A DNA stretch of 64,000 nucleotides from Promethearchaeota archaeon (GTDB lineage Archaea; Asgardarchaeota; Thorarchaeia; Thorarchaeales; Thorarchaeaceae): contig WJMJ01000059.1 in NCBI GenBank assembly GCA_014728035.1, forward strand, positions 192,001 to 256,000, given 5' to 3'. The position numbers and the translations under genes are program-made. The notes under the pieces are model-generated. The model saw nothing but the letters and a program-made list of their open reading frames with translations. It ran no database searches and was not told the DNA's origin. Positions within the stretch are counted from its first letter, which is position 1. The number at the start of each line of letters is the position of its first letter. Shown here in pieces: positions 1-9,763 of this stretch.

Positions 1-584
1 ACGATTTCTTTTGATGGAGTATATCCTTTTGGAGACCCGATTACAACATCCATCCCCATGATGGTACATCCTTGCATAATTGAGTTGCTAACATTGTTAG
101 AATCTCCAACATATGTTATCTTCAGTCCCTGCAATCTTCCTTTGTGTTCTTCAATAGTAAGCATATCTGCCATTATTTGACATGGGTGTAATAGGTCTGA
201 TAATCCATTAATTACAGGGACCGTGGCATGTTTAGCTAGGTTGACTACTTCATCATGTCCATAAACCCGTGCCATAATACCATCACAATATCTGCTCAAT
301 ACTTGTGCAGTATCTCCAATTGTTTCGCCTCTTCCAAGCTGAGTGCCACTCGGGCTGAGGTATAGGGCATGTCCTCCTAATTGGGTCAGTCCCACCTCAA
401 AAGATACTCTCGTTCTCGTCGAGGACTTCATGAAAATCATAGCTAATGATTTCCCCTTGAGTAGCTCGTGGGGCTCTCCGCGTTTTTGTTTTCGCTTTAG
501 ATCATGGGCTGTATCTAAAATTCGCCGCAGTTCATATCTTTCGAAATCTGCGAGATCAATAAAGTGTCTACCTTTTAGGCTCAA
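1..584 (-). CDS. argF: ornithine carbamoyltransferase (3' part runs off the window)
   Basis: Manual translation from TTG at 584: MSLKGRHFIDLADF...FMKSSTRTRVSFEVG...INGLSDLLHPCQIMAD. Carries the STRT and HPCQ carbamoyltransferase motifs. Confidence 0.93.
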   Translation of the reverse strand, partial: MSLKGRHFIDLADFERYELRRILDTAHDLKRKQKRGEPHELLKGKSLAMIFMKSSTRTRVSFEVGLTQLGGHALYLSPSGTQLGRGETIGDTAQVLSRYCDGIMARVYGHDEVVNLAKHATVPVINGLSDLLHPCQIMADMLTIEEHKGRLQGLKITYVGDSNNVSNSIMQGCTIMGMDVVIGSPKGYTPSKEI

Positions 585-650
585 GATTATTACCTCTGAC
601 CAGTTACTATGTTTCGGTCATAGCAACTCAGTAATAAAATTGTCCCATTA

Positions 651-1562
651 TCACTTTTCACCAACTAGCCTCTTTGCAAACCACTCGGGATCAAAATCTC
701 GCAAGTCATCATAAGTCTGCCCCACACCTACATAAACTACGGGTTTGCCAGTCACATATGCAATCGACAATGCAGCTCCCCCTGATGGATCTGCATCCAC
801 TTTTGTTAAAATAGCTCCGTCGATACCGATTGCCTGATTGAACTCATTTGCTTGAGACAGTGCATCATTTCCTGCAAGAGCATCACCTACAAACATTTTG
901 ATATCGGGATTTGCTACTCTTGCGATTTTCTGCATCTCAGCTATGAGATTCTTATTTCCCTGCATTCTCCCTGCTGTATCAATCAAAACGATATCTATTT
1001 TTTTAGCTGTGGCATGTGCAACAGCATCATATGCAATAGATGCCGAGTCCGAACCATAACCTTGTTTGATAACTCTGATTCCCAAATTTTGAGCATGTTT
1101 CTCTAATTGTTCGATACTTCCTGCACGAAATGTATCTCCTGCAGCAATAACTATAGAGAAACCATGATCTTTGTACATCTTTGCCATCTTTGCAAGTGTA
1201 GTTGTTTTTCCTGTTCCATTAACCCCTACAAACAATATGACTGTAGGTTCACCTTTCATTTTTTTATCTCTGGCGAAAATTAGTGGATCAAGCGGATATT
1301 CGGGAGTGAGTACTTCTAAAATCGAATCATATATGGCTTTTTTGAAAATCTTTGTGAGATTTTCTAATCTTCCCGTCCGTTTTCCAAGCAATTTTTCTTT
1401 GGTCAATTCACAAATATGTTCAGCTACTTGAACCGCAACATCATTCTGTAATAGGACCATTTGGATTTCCCAAACAGCATCACTCAGATTCTGTTCATTA
1501 AGCTCCTTTGTAGTTGCTTTTGTGACAGCACCATCAATGGCACCACGGAGCTTGTCGAACAA
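651..1562 (-). CDS. ftsY: signal recognition particle receptor FtsY
   Basis: SRP GTPase motifs GVNGTGKTTT, DTFRAG, DTAGR and TKVD. Confidence 0.96.
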   Translation of the reverse strand: MFDKLRGAIDGAVTKATTKELNEQNLSDAVWEIQMVLLQNDVAVQVAEHICELTKEKLLGKRTGRLENLTKIFKKAIYDSILEVLTPEYPLDPLIFARDKKMKGEPTVILFVGVNGTGKTTTLAKMAKMYKDHGFSIVIAAGDTFRAGSIEQLEKHAQNLGIRVIKQGYGSDSASIAYDAVAHATAKKIDIVLIDTAGRMQGNKNLIAEMQKIARVANPDIKMFVGDALAGNDALSQANEFNQAIGIDGAILTKVDADPSGGAALSIAYVTGKPVVYVGVGQTYDDLRDFDPEWFAKRLVGEK

Positions 1563-1569
1563 TCAATCA

Positions 1570-2001
1570 TTACTCTCCTTGTTGTAACATTGCAGCAATC
1601 TGCTGTAGTTGATTCTCTAGCTGTGCCTGATATCCCAAATACTTTTGATACTCTTCTCTGATTTTTCTCTCTTGGTTTCTTAGGTTTTTGATGGAAGATT
1701 CTATAGAGTCATGAGCAGCTTGAGTCTTCTGTTCAATACTAATTTCGCTTCCAATAGCCCGTGTTACTTTTTGGGGATTGACTATTTTGACCTCAATGAA
1801 TATATTTCCTCCAACATTCATCAAGACCTGTTCATCTTTCTCCTTTTTCATAACTTCTTTGAGAAAACTTAATCCAGAATCGTAATCATTCAAAAGCACT
1901 TGTATCCTCTCAATCTGCTGCTGAAGCACTTGTAGATTGTTTTCGACCAAGTCTTTTTGCATAGCAAGCTGCTGAAAGACAGCTCTGGGATCTTGACCCA
2001 T
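1570..2001 (-). CDS. pfdA: prefoldin subunit alpha
   Basis: Coiled coils flanking a beta-hairpin core (LMNVGGNIFIE...IGSEISIE); conserved position between rpl18a and ftsY. Confidence 0.88.
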   Translation of the reverse strand: MGQDPRAVFQQLAMQKDLVENNLQVLQQQIERIQVLLNDYDSGLSFLKEVMKKEKDEQVLMNVGGNIFIEVKIVNPQKVTRAIGSEISIEQKTQAAHDSIESSIKNLRNQERKIREEYQKYLGYQAQLENQLQQIAAMLQQGE

Positions 2002-2252
2002 TATACTTCGCTCTCCACACCAAGTAGTTTGCGAAGTTCAAGATTGGTAAGCTCTTCAGGTTCAATCTCCTTAATTGTTTTAATATCAATCTCTCTTCGC
2101 TTTACTCTGTGTCGACTACCGAGTTCCGACAGAACTCTTTCTTGAACATGTGATTCTTTATCAGCTAACATTTCGATATTGAATCTGTATGTTCGTCGTT
2201 TCTTCTTGTATTCTCCTATGGCTCGCCAGACCTTTCTACTCATTATAATCAC
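2001..2252 (-). CDS. rpl18a: 50S ribosomal protein L18Ae (LX, eL20)
   Basis: ERVLSELGSRHRVKRREIDI motif; operon context. Confidence 0.92.
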   Translation of the reverse strand: MIIMSRKVWRAIGEYKKKRRTYRFNIEMLADKESHVQERVLSELGSRHRVKRREIDIKTIKEIEPEELTNLELRKLLGVESEV

Positions 2253-2918
2253 CTATACAAATCCGAGTATTTGGCTAATATGTGCAAGTTCAACACCGGT
2301 CGTGTCTGTTCCTGCAATCATTCCATCAATATTTGCGAGGACTCCAAGTTTTGTGTATGGGGATCCTCTATTGACTGTGCCCACCTCGACATGGACTTTT
2401 AATAACTCCGATATCCTATTCATCTCTTCATCGGTTGCCATTGGATGCACTACTGCTCCACGATTTGTTATAATGGTATTCGCGCCTACAATAGGCAATT
2501 TTGCAACGGTCCCTGGATGAACTTCTACATCAAGGATATCTGAAATCTTTTTTCTTGATTTGGAATCAAATTCCGGATGGCATATTGCTCCATGATCATT
2601 TGCCAGAATTATATTTCCCATAGCTGTCATCTTACTATCAATCCAATCGACATTGATATCTGTATTTTCTTTAAGATAAGCAAATTCTTCATCAGTTGTG
2701 GTGTACGGTAGTAGCATTCCATGTGAATTGGCTACTGCTACCAAACCTATAGCATCAAGACTTGCTATTGTTGATTGAATTATTGGAAGATTGAATGCTC
2801 GTTCAAATACTTCAAGAGCCTTTTCAGACATATTTGGACTGATACATATCATTTGGTCTGTAACGACTCCAAAGGCTCCTACGTTAACATCGCCCTCGAA
2901 GTCTGTACGGGCGATCAT
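2253..2918 (-). CDS. eif6: translation initiation factor 6 (aIF6)
   Basis: GNIILANDHGA, GTVNRGSP and GTDTTGVE motifs. Confidence 0.95.
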   Translation of the reverse strand: MIARTDFEGDVNVGAFGVVTDQMICISPNMSEKALEVFERAFNLPIIQSTIASLDAIGLVAVANSHGMLLPYTTTDEEFAYLKENTDINVDWIDSKMTAMGNIILANDHGAICHPEFDSKSRKKISDILDVEVHPGTVAKLPIVGANTIITNRGAVVHPMATDEEMNRISELLKVHVEVGTVNRGSPYTKLGVLANIDGMIAGTDTTGVELAHISQILGFV

Positions 2919-2925
2919 ATATCAG

Positions 2926-3309
2926 TTACCCCTCCGCTAAATAAACTCTGACAAGATTATCAGAATTCTTTGTGACTCTGATTCTGATTCTTCGGGGTGG
3001 TTTTTCTATTCCTCTGCTCCAAAGCCTTCTATTCACTTCGGGTTGAATCTCGAGTTCTTCTGGTTTCATATGTCTTTCAACGAATTTACGTAGAATCTTT
3101 ACTGCACGGTTTGTCCTGCGAAGTCTTGTTCCTGTCCAGTATGCCTTTCTTAATGGCACGGTGTAAATCCTCTCATCTATGATTTCTTCTTCAGGCAGAA
3201 ACTCATCTGCAACAACCTCTTCTTCTTCTACCTCGTCTGGAGTAGTAATCTCCATGTCTGGTAAATCTTCTTCAATATCAATTTCCATTTCTTCTGCCAT
3301 TGCAAACAC
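2926..3309 (-). CDS. rpl31e: 50S ribosomal protein L31e with acidic N-terminal extension
   Basis: ERIYTVPLR...RAVKILRKFVERHMK...LWSRGIEKPPRRIRIRV. Confidence 0.95.
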   Translation of the reverse strand: MFAMAEEMEIDIEEDLPDMEITTPDEVEEEEVVADEFLPEEEIIDERIYTVPLRKAYWTGTRLRRTNRAVKILRKFVERHMKPEELEIQPEVNRRLWSRGIEKPPRRIRIRVTKNSDNLVRVYLAEG

Positions 3310-3312
3310 CTT

Positions 3313-3468
3313 TTACGGCTTCAATTTCGTGCTACGCCAGTGGCGTTGTTTTGGGTTTCTTCTTATTTTCCCACTAGTTTTCATGATGACCCAGGTTGGT
3401 ACACTACTGTTGGACTTGAGAGCTTTAGCCATCCTGAGTTTCTTTGGGAGTGATTTGTTTCGTGCCAT
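3313..3468 (-). CDS. rpl39e: 50S ribosomal protein L39e (below the ORF-track size cutoff)
   Basis: Manual translation [51 protein letters not shown]. Confidence 0.95.
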   Translation of the reverse strand: MARNKSLPKKLRMAKALKSNSSVPTWVIMKTSGKIRRNPKQRHWRSTKLKP

Positions 3469-3484
3469 TCTATTCACCTTTGTT

Positions 3485-3814
3485 CTACCGGAATTTTATC
3501 TTTCGTTCGCGTTCTCGTCCTTGCAATTGTTTAAGGAGTTTCTTAAGCTGATCATCAGTTACTTTTCCTCTGAGACGTCCAGAAGAAGCCAGCTGAATAA
3601 GCTGGTATTCAATCTGCTCTGCGAATTGAGGTTTGACCATTCTGATGTTGGTAAGCCTTGAACGGGCATCAGGAGTGAGAATCTGCCTAAGAATTGCTTC
3701 TTTTTGAGCTTCTGCTTCTGCCTGCTTTTGTTCCTGCAATTGCTCTTGGGTAGCCTGCTCTTTAAGTGCAGCAAGCTTCCGTTCACGAATTGCATCAAGC
3801 TCATCATCACTCAT
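3485..3814 (-). CDS. PDCD5-family dsDNA-binding protein
   Basis: [13 protein letters not shown]...[22 protein letters not shown]...[10 protein letters not shown]; usual position after rps19e. Confidence 0.92.
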   Translation of the reverse strand: MSDDELDAIRERKLAALKEQATQEQLQEQKQAEAEAQKEAILRQILTPDARSRLTNIRMVKPQFAEQIEYQLIQLASSGRLRGKVTDDQLKKLLKQLQGRERERKIKFR

Positions 3815-3828
3815 CTATGTCACTATTC

Positions 3829-4287
3829 CTAATACTTCTCTAATGCTGGAATCGCCTTTGAAAGTTCAGCTTTCAACCCAGATGAAAGCTTGTCCATATA
3901 TGACCTTCCAATGTCAGTAAGTACTCTGCCTTTGTTACCTTGTTTCTTTATGAAACCGGCTCTTTCAAGCTGTTGAAGTGCTGTACGTACTATTGCTCCA
4001 CTGCCGCGATGAAATCTACTTGGTTTTGATCCCCTTCGTTTTCTACCTCCATAGCTGATACGAAGTCTTTCTGTACCAATTGGACCTCTTAGGTAGACCT
4101 TTCTCAAAATACTGGCACATCTTACATGCCACCAGTCATCTGATTCTGGGGCTCTTTCCTTATGGACTCCTGTTTTAACAAAATCCGCCCATTCGGGAGG
4201 TTTGATTTCTTTTCGGGATTTCAGCTCTTGTGCAAGACGCCGAATGTATATATTTGCTGGGATATCGTAGACAGTGGGCATTGTCAA
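3829..4287 (-). CDS. rps19e: 30S ribosomal protein S19e
   Basis: PPEWADFVKTGVHKERAP...WWHVRCASILRKVY...YGGRKRRG. Confidence 0.96.
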   Translation of the reverse strand: MTMPTVYDIPANIYIRRLAQELKSRKEIKPPEWADFVKTGVHKERAPESDDWWHVRCASILRKVYLRGPIGTERLRISYGGRKRRGSKPSRFHRGSGAIVRTALQQLERAGFIKKQGNKGRVLTDIGRSYMDKLSSGLKAELSKAIPALEKY

Positions 4288-4408
4288 TCACCATTTCTGC
4301 TATGAGCAGGTCACAGCACTCTATCTAGGCTGATGGCCTAACTCAGAAGGCTGGAAACGCAACTTATGAGTTAACATAAAAGACTATCGTTGTAATCGGA
4401 ATTTGAGT

Positions 4409-4678
4409 TTATCTTTTCCTTGGTCTGAATATTACAGCCGTATTTCCTCGAATTCCAATCAACTGTGCTTTGGTTTTGGAGCAGAGATTCACGAATATCT
4501 CCTTTTTTGGACCCATGTCTAGTGCACTTCTGAGCAAGCGCACTTTGATGTATTCGTGTCTTTTTAAGAGGCGTTTCGCCTCAGCTATCACTCTCTCGTT
4601 TAACCCTGCCTTTCCAATCTGCAGCATGGTCGGGTCTTGCCATGCCATGCCAACTCTTGTTGCATCGGGTTTAGTCAT
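4409..4678 (-). CDS. YhbY/CRM-domain RNA-binding protein
   Basis: LQIGKAGLNERVIAE...HEYIKVRLLRS...IRGNTAVIFR. Confidence 0.88.
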   Translation of the reverse strand: MTKPDATRVGMAWQDPTMLQIGKAGLNERVIAEAKRLLKRHEYIKVRLLRSALDMGPKKEIFVNLCSKTKAQLIGIRGNTAVIFRPRKR

Positions 4679-4711
4679 TCCAGTTCAATTCAATTTTCTA
4701 AACATGCTTCT

Positions 4712-5035
4712 TTAAGCTTGTCTTGTGACTAATATTCTCTTAATTGCTCCACAATTCTTGCATGTAATAGTCATATGCTTTGTTCGATTGTGACGAATAC
4801 GCACTTGACAATTTCGACCATAAACATATACTGATCCACAATTCTTGCATATTCTTTGTCCTATTTCCTGAGGAAGTTTTATCCTGGCCTTTGCAGCAAT
4901 TTTCCTTGCAGTGTTAACCCATTCTCTTGCAAGTTCTGGCCTAGATATTGCATATTTCTTTGCCTCTTTCCAAAGAACGTGAATCCGCTCTGTTGCAATT
5001 TCTATCCTTTTCTTTTTGGCTCTTCTTTTTACCAT
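4712..5035 (-). CDS. rnp4: ribonuclease P protein component 4 (Rpp21)
   Basis: IATERIHVL; zinc ribbon CKNC...CKNCG. Confidence 0.92.
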   Translation of the reverse strand: MVKRRAKKKRIEIATERIHVLWKEAKKYAISRPELAREWVNTARKIAAKARIKLPQEIGQRICKNCGSVYVYGRNCQVRIRHNRTKHMTITCKNCGAIKRILVTRQA

Positions 5036-5092
5036 GTTATCTGTAATTGATTCATACTCCTTAAAACATTCTCAACTTATTGTGATGTAGGT

Positions 5093-5815
5093 GTGCTGAT
5101 GCTACATATTATCCTCTTGGAATGTGGAATCGAACTGGTTCCCTCTGAACTTACCGCTCTAAAACCAGTTCAGAAACACGCGGGAAGGCGAAAGAAAAGA
5201 CCTAACGACCTTCTTCTTGATCAATCATATCATGGAATGGTAATGCCCCGTCTTGAAGACCATGAAAGAAGAGGCCGACCAGACATCGTATATCTTTCAC
5301 TTCACTCCTTACTTGAGACCCCGCTTTGTAAGCATGATGGTTTACGAGTCTATCTCCATCTACGCGATGGTCGTATTATACGGGTAAATCCCAAGGTGCG
5401 GATTCCACGAAATCAGGAACGTTTTAACGGATTAATAGAACAATTGCTTTCTATCGGAAAAGTTCCTCCTACTGGGGACATATTGTTAGAAGTCACAGAC
5501 CATACACTTTCATCTCTACTTTCAGAAATCAAGAAATCTAGCACTTCTGTTGAGTGTTTTTTGGCTGATGAATCTGGCAGTGATACAACATTTAGTCAAC
5601 TTGTCGAAATCTTTCCTGTTGAATTAGACCAATCTGTAGTTTTTGGTATTGGTGCTTTTCCTCACGGAGAATTCTCTTCTTCTGTCCGTAGCCTCTTTGA
5701 AACTCCCCTCTGTTTTGACAATGGTGTGATGATGGCTTGGCATGTCTGTGCAGAAATTTTGTGGGCATATTCAAAGAAATTTGAGATTATTCGTAAGCGA
5801 TATGATACAGACTAA
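5093..5815 (+). CDS. nep1: 16S rRNA pseudouridine N1-methyltransferase Nep1 (SPOUT family)
   Basis: LLDQSYH...RGRPDIVY...RIPRNQERFNGLIEQLL...IGAFPHGEF. Confidence 0.92.
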   Translation: MLMLHIILLECGIELVPSELTALKPVQKHAGRRKKRPNDLLLDQSYHGMVMPRLEDHERRGRPDIVYLSLHSLLETPLCKHDGLRVYLHLRDGRIIRVNPKVRIPRNQERFNGLIEQLLSIGKVPPTGDILLEVTDHTLSSLLSEIKKSSTSVECFLADESGSDTTFSQLVEIFPVELDQSVVFGIGAFPHGEFSSSVRSLFETPLCFDNGVMMAWHVCAEILWAYSKKFEIIRKRYDTD

Positions 5816-5985
5816 TCTTTTCTTTCCCTGACACCACCCGCAACACATTGCATCACTTCATTGACCGTCAAGAACAATATCCTTAAATCTCTACAAAGTG
5901 GTCCGATTATCAGTCGTGTACAATCCTTACATGGCTTATCCGAACACCTCTCTCTGAGGTTTGTTCAAATATCTGTCTAAACATC

Positions 5986-6090
5986 GCGGTTGTTGTCTAG
6001 CCGTGTCAAACTTCTTGGCGCGGGGCGATGGGGCTAGGATTCCAGCCTTCCAAGCTGGTGGCCCGGGTTCAATTCCCGGCGACCGCACCA
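5986..6090 (+). tRNA. tRNA-Gly(TCC) with a 30-nt BHB intron at 14/15 (6000-6029)
   Basis: Acceptor stem GCGGTTG/CGACCGC, anticodon arm CCAGC-CTTCCAA-GCTGG, T-arm CCGGG-TTCAATT-CCCGG, encoded CCA. Splicing gives D-loop AGGGGCTA. Confidence 0.9.
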
Positions 6091-6102
6091 TCTTCATCTC
6101 TT

Positions 6103-6825
6103 TTAATTTCCGTCAGCTTTGTCAATGAGTGATTTTGCAGTGCGCATGTGATTCTCTAGTGCTGCTTTATCATATGATTGACTCATGAGAGCAAGTACTT
6201 GGATTACTCCTGTAAGATTGAAGCTTCTTTTCTTGAGCATCTCAATTAGTCTTCTATCTGCGGAAGGACAAAGGACAGTATAATGGATTATTTTATCGAA
6301 ACAGAGAACGAAACGTTTCCATAGGGGACTTCCTCTCTCTATGATATCTATTGCTTGGTTTCGATACTTCTGCCAATTTTTCTCAATTGCATTTAGCAAC
6401 TGGTCGAAAAACGGCTCAAATTCGTTATCATTCAGTGTTGTTCTCAGAGATGTGAACAGACACATTGGATAGTATGGCACCTCTCCACTGGGATTATAGA
6501 ACTCGTCTAAGCTAGCCACTCCCCAAGAAAAAGGAAAGAGCAAATAATAGCCTTGTGCCAAACCAACAATCTTCTTCTCTGACTGATTTTCTGCCCAGAT
6601 TGAGAATATGCGAGTGCTCCGTTTATCGATATCTGGTATTTCTTTTCCCCATGGATGAATATTAGAGAAATCTATGACATATGGCCCTGTTTCTTCAGTG
6701 ACATGAACCGTCCCTCTCTCAGTGGATTCATAAAGTAATTCAATTACACTTTCCGAGTCAAATTTTGCCATCTGATCAGATGTGGCTTGCTTCACTCTCC
6801 CATCATGAAAAATAATCTGCATCAT
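6103..6825 (-). CDS. hypothetical protein (possibly a degenerate GNAT-like fold)
   Basis: 240-aa ORF with upstream GAGGT RBS; no firm motif. Confidence 0.65.
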   Translation of the reverse strand: MMQIIFHDGRVKQATSDQMAKFDSESVIELLYESTERGTVHVTEETGPYVIDFSNIHPWGKEIPDIDKRSTRIFSIWAENQSEKKIVGLAQGYYLLFPFSWGVASLDEFYNPSGEVPYYPMCLFTSLRTTLNDNEFEPFFDQLLNAIEKNWQKYRNQAIDIIERGSPLWKRFVLCFDKIIHYTVLCPSADRRLIEMLKKRSFNLTGVIQVLALMSQSYDKAALENHMRTAKSLIDKADGN

Positions 6826-6977
6826 TTAACCTCTAGCTATGTTGTTTCATTCTTTTTGAATGTATAAATTCACTGTGATTCATATCAGTATCACAACCTT
6901 TTTTTCCAATCTACTTAGAACTTTTCTCTGATTCACTCAGTACCAATAATCTTAGACTCACTCTCAGAGGCTTATTC

Positions 6978-8987
6978 ATGGACTCCTTGAAACACAATGG
7001 CATTCTTGTACTTCGACCACCAGAACCACATGGTTTTGTAATAACAGTAAAAGGCAAAGAGATCACACTAGATAATCTACAGGAAGAGATGGCTATTGCT
7101 TGGGTTAAGAAGTTAGGAACTCCTTATGTTGAGGATCCCGTTTTCATTGAGAATTTCATGAGCGATTTTTCAAAGATGCTTGAACTTGATGATCCTCCCT
7201 CTACTGATGAAGTTGATTTCTCACAAGTAATCAAATATGTAGAATCCGAACGGGCTCGAAAAGAAGGGATGACCAAGGAAGAAAAGAAACAGGCAAGAGA
7301 AGAACGAAAAGTCATTCGTGAAGAGCTCAAAGAAAAATATGGCTATGTCTATGTTGATGGAGAACGAATGGAGCTTGCGAACTATCAGACTGAACCCTCT
7401 GGCATCTTCATGGGTAGAGGCGAACATCCTCTTCGTGGAAGATGGAAAGTTGGGGCTACTGAACAAGATATTACCCTCAATCTTAGTCCTGATGCAGAGA
7501 TTCCTCCTGGTGATTGGGGAGAAATCGTCTGGAAACCCGATTGTCTCTGGATTGCGAAATGGAAAGATGAACTGACTGGAAAAAACAAGTACATCTGGTT
7601 TCATGATAGCACCCCTATAAAGCAAGAGCGTGAAGAAGCAAAGTTTGACAAAGCTGTTAAATTTGAAAAAAGGCTGGATGAGGTCCGTGCACATATCTCA
7701 AAAGGACTTCTTTCCGATGATTCAAAAGTCCGTATGATTGCTGCGGCATGTTATCTTATTGACCGGCTCAGTCTTCGAGTTGGTGACGAAAAAGATCCAG
7801 ATGAAGCTGATACCGTTGGTGCAACTACTTTGCGAGTTGAACACTTAACATTCTTGGATGGTGTTGTAAAGTTCGATTTTTTGGGAAAAGATAGCGTTCC
7901 TTGGCATAAAGAGTTGGACATGCCTCCTGATGTTTATAGAGTATTCAGGGAGCTTTACGATCGTGCTCAAGAAAGGTTGCAGGATTTCAAAGCGAAGAAA
8001 CGCAAAAAGACCAAAGCTGATCCAAAAAAGATTGCACAAATATTTCCTCGTGTACGAAGCAGCCACGTAAACCAGTTTTTGAGTGAAGTAGACCCTGAAT
8101 TTTCTGCTAAAGTCTTTCGCACGAGTCGTGCTACTGCTATAATGCGTGAAGAACTAGCTTCTAGTGGTGTCAAGAAGACAGACCCTGACTTTGTAAAGAA
8201 ATCTGCAGCAAAACGAGCTAATCTTGAAGTAGCTCGGGTCATGAACCACACTAAGCAGGCTCCTAAAGGTTGGAAAAAAAGGGCAAAACGGTATGAAGAA
8301 CGATTGAAAAAAGCAGATACACGGATTGAAAAGGCCAAACTAAAGGTGAAAGAAGCCAAGAAGAAGTATAGAGCACGTAAGCGTAAGGAAGCCTCTACAC
8401 TAAAGAAACGAAAGGCTACCATAAAGAAAAAGGAAGAACTAGTTGAAAAATACAAAGGATACTATGATTCTTGGGTTGAAAAACGAAAGGGTGCTAAGGA
8501 AACTTGGGATCGAGCTCGCGAGCGAAAGCGAACTATTCGTAGTAGCACACGAAAATCAAATCGTACTAAACAAGAACGTCTCGAAGAGGCTCAAGAACGA
8601 ATCGATAGAACCCGTGGTACTCTAGACGAATATAGAACTAAGACCGACAAGGCGAGAAAACGTTACCAGAAGAGCAAGGAGTCTCTTGAGAAGAAAAAGG
8701 CGGCATTGGAGAAATGGAAAGAAAAATCAGCTGCTAGAATCGAGCGTGCAAAACAACGTGTCCAAAAAGAGAAAGAACGGGTCAAGAAAGCTGATTTGGC
8801 AAAGAAAAAAATAGAAATGGATTACGCACTTGCAAAAGAAGGTAAAACTCTCAACCTTGGAACATCTTTGAAATCCTATATTCATCCGCGTGTTGTGTAC
8901 AAATGGTGCCAGAAAGTAGATTATGATTGGAGAAAAATCTACTCTAAGGCGTTGGAACGGAAGTTCGATTGGGTCGAAAATTGCTGA
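6978..8987 (+). CDS. DNA topoisomerase IB, eukaryote-like long form
   Basis: N-terminal LKHNG and EPSGIFMGRGEHPLRG; catalytic pentad LRVG, FLGKD, VFRT, MNHT, LGTSLKSYIHPR. Confidence 0.95.
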   Translation: MDSLKHNGILVLRPPEPHGFVITVKGKEITLDNLQEEMAIAWVKKLGTPYVEDPVFIENFMSDFSKMLELDDPPSTDEVDFSQVIKYVESERARKEGMTKEEKKQAREERKVIREELKEKYGYVYVDGERMELANYQTEPSGIFMGRGEHPLRGRWKVGATEQDITLNLSPDAEIPPGDWGEIVWKPDCLWIAKWKDELTGKNKYIWFHDSTPIKQEREEAKFDKAVKFEKRLDEVRAHISKGLLSDDSKVRMIAAACYLIDRLSLRVGDEKDPDEADTVGATTLRVEHLTFLDGVVKFDFLGKDSVPWHKELDMPPDVYRVFRELYDRAQERLQDFKAKKRKKTKADPKKIAQIFPRVRSSHVNQFLSEVDPEFSAKVFRTSRATAIMREELASSGVKKTDPDFVKKSAAKRANLEVARVMNHTKQAPKGWKKRAKRYEERLKKADTRIEKAKLKVKEAKKKYRARKRKEASTLKKRKATIKKKEELVEKYKGYYDSWVEKRKGAKETWDRARERKRTIRSSTRKSNRTKQERLEEAQERIDRTRGTLDEYRTKTDKARKRYQKSKESLEKKKAALEKWKEKSAARIERAKQRVQKEKERVKKADLAKKKIEMDYALAKEGKTLNLGTSLKSYIHPRVVYKWCQKVDYDWRKIYSKALERKFDWVENC

Positions 8988-9000
8988 TTGGTTGTATCTA

Positions 9001-9450
9001 CTATAGTTTTAGTGAGCTCATAGGATCGTTCATGGTCTTTCCCTGAAGAAGAAACTCCTTGATTCGTCGTTCGATCTCATCTCGAGTTTCTCTGAATACG
9101 GTAAGAATCTCCATATGGGAGCCTTGGAATGCAGCAGGGTCTTCTAATGACCAATGGTCTATTTTCTTTGCTCCTGGAAATGTCGGACATTCTTGTTTTG
9201 CATGGTCACAGACAGTTATCACTATATCAAATGTCTGACCTTCAAACTCACTCAATAATTTCGGTCGTAGTCCTGTAGTATCAATTTCTTTTTCTTTCAG
9301 CACTTCGATTGCGAATGGATTAACTTCTGATGCGGGATTGGTTCCTGCACTAAAGACCTCGTATTTTCCTTCTCCAAGCTTTCGGAGAAGAGCCTCAGAC
9401 ATCTGACTTCTTGCAGAATTTCCGGTACAAAGAAAGAGTACTCGTTTCAG
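9001..9450 (-). CDS. arsC: arsenate reductase ArsC (LMW-PTP family), probable CTG start
   Basis: The frame extends upstream of the listed ATG to LKRVLFLCTGNSARSQM (CX5R loop). Also SAGT, ITVCD...CP and HWSLEDP. Confidence 0.88.
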   Translation of the reverse strand: MKRVLFLCTGNSARSQMSEALLRKLGEGKYEVFSAGTNPASEVNPFAIEVLKEKEIDTTGLRPKLLSEFEGQTFDIVITVCDHAKQECPTFPGAKKIDHWSLEDPAAFQGSHMEILTVFRETRDEIERRIKEFLLQGKTMNDPMSSLKL

Positions 9451-9529
9451 TCATATCATCTCCTTTACTTAAATTCATCGAAAAACATCGATATTTAACT
9501 TGCCTGCATACGATTCATACGAAAAACTT

Positions 9530-9763
9530 TCATTCCTCCGGAATGAATTCTGCTAACACTTCTCTAAGACGATCTCTGAAGCCATCCCCGTCCTCTTTCA
9601 GGCGTTTCCTCACCATTTTCCATGTTGCCGCACAATTTGGATAATCTACACTTAGCCAGTAGTGGAGTTTTTTATCGATGGCACTTTTATTGTCTTTTGT
9701 TACTTCTATACCAAGGTCACCAAGCAGTTTCTTCATCCGTGAATTACTGAAATAACAGGTCAT
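9530..9763 (-). CDS. small hypothetical protein
   Basis: 77-aa ORF with protein-like composition (CYF...NCAATWK). Confidence 0.6.
   Translation of the reverse strand: MTCYFSNSRMKKLLGDLGIEVTKDNKSAIDKKLHYWLSVDYPNCAATWKMVRKRLKEDGDGFRDRLREVLAEFIPEE

Noticed and set aside
343-714. 123-aa plus-strand ORF
   Set aside because: Antisense shadow of argF and ftsY.
7967-8455. Phe/Ser-rich 162-aa minus-strand ORF
   Set aside because: Antisense mirror of the Lys/Glu-rich TopIB linker.
9451-9459. In-frame ATG-ATA-TGA before arsC as selenocysteine readthrough
   Set aside because: The TGA is at a non-catalytic position, the ATG abuts the SD with no spacing, and no SECIS was recognised. A CTG start is simpler.
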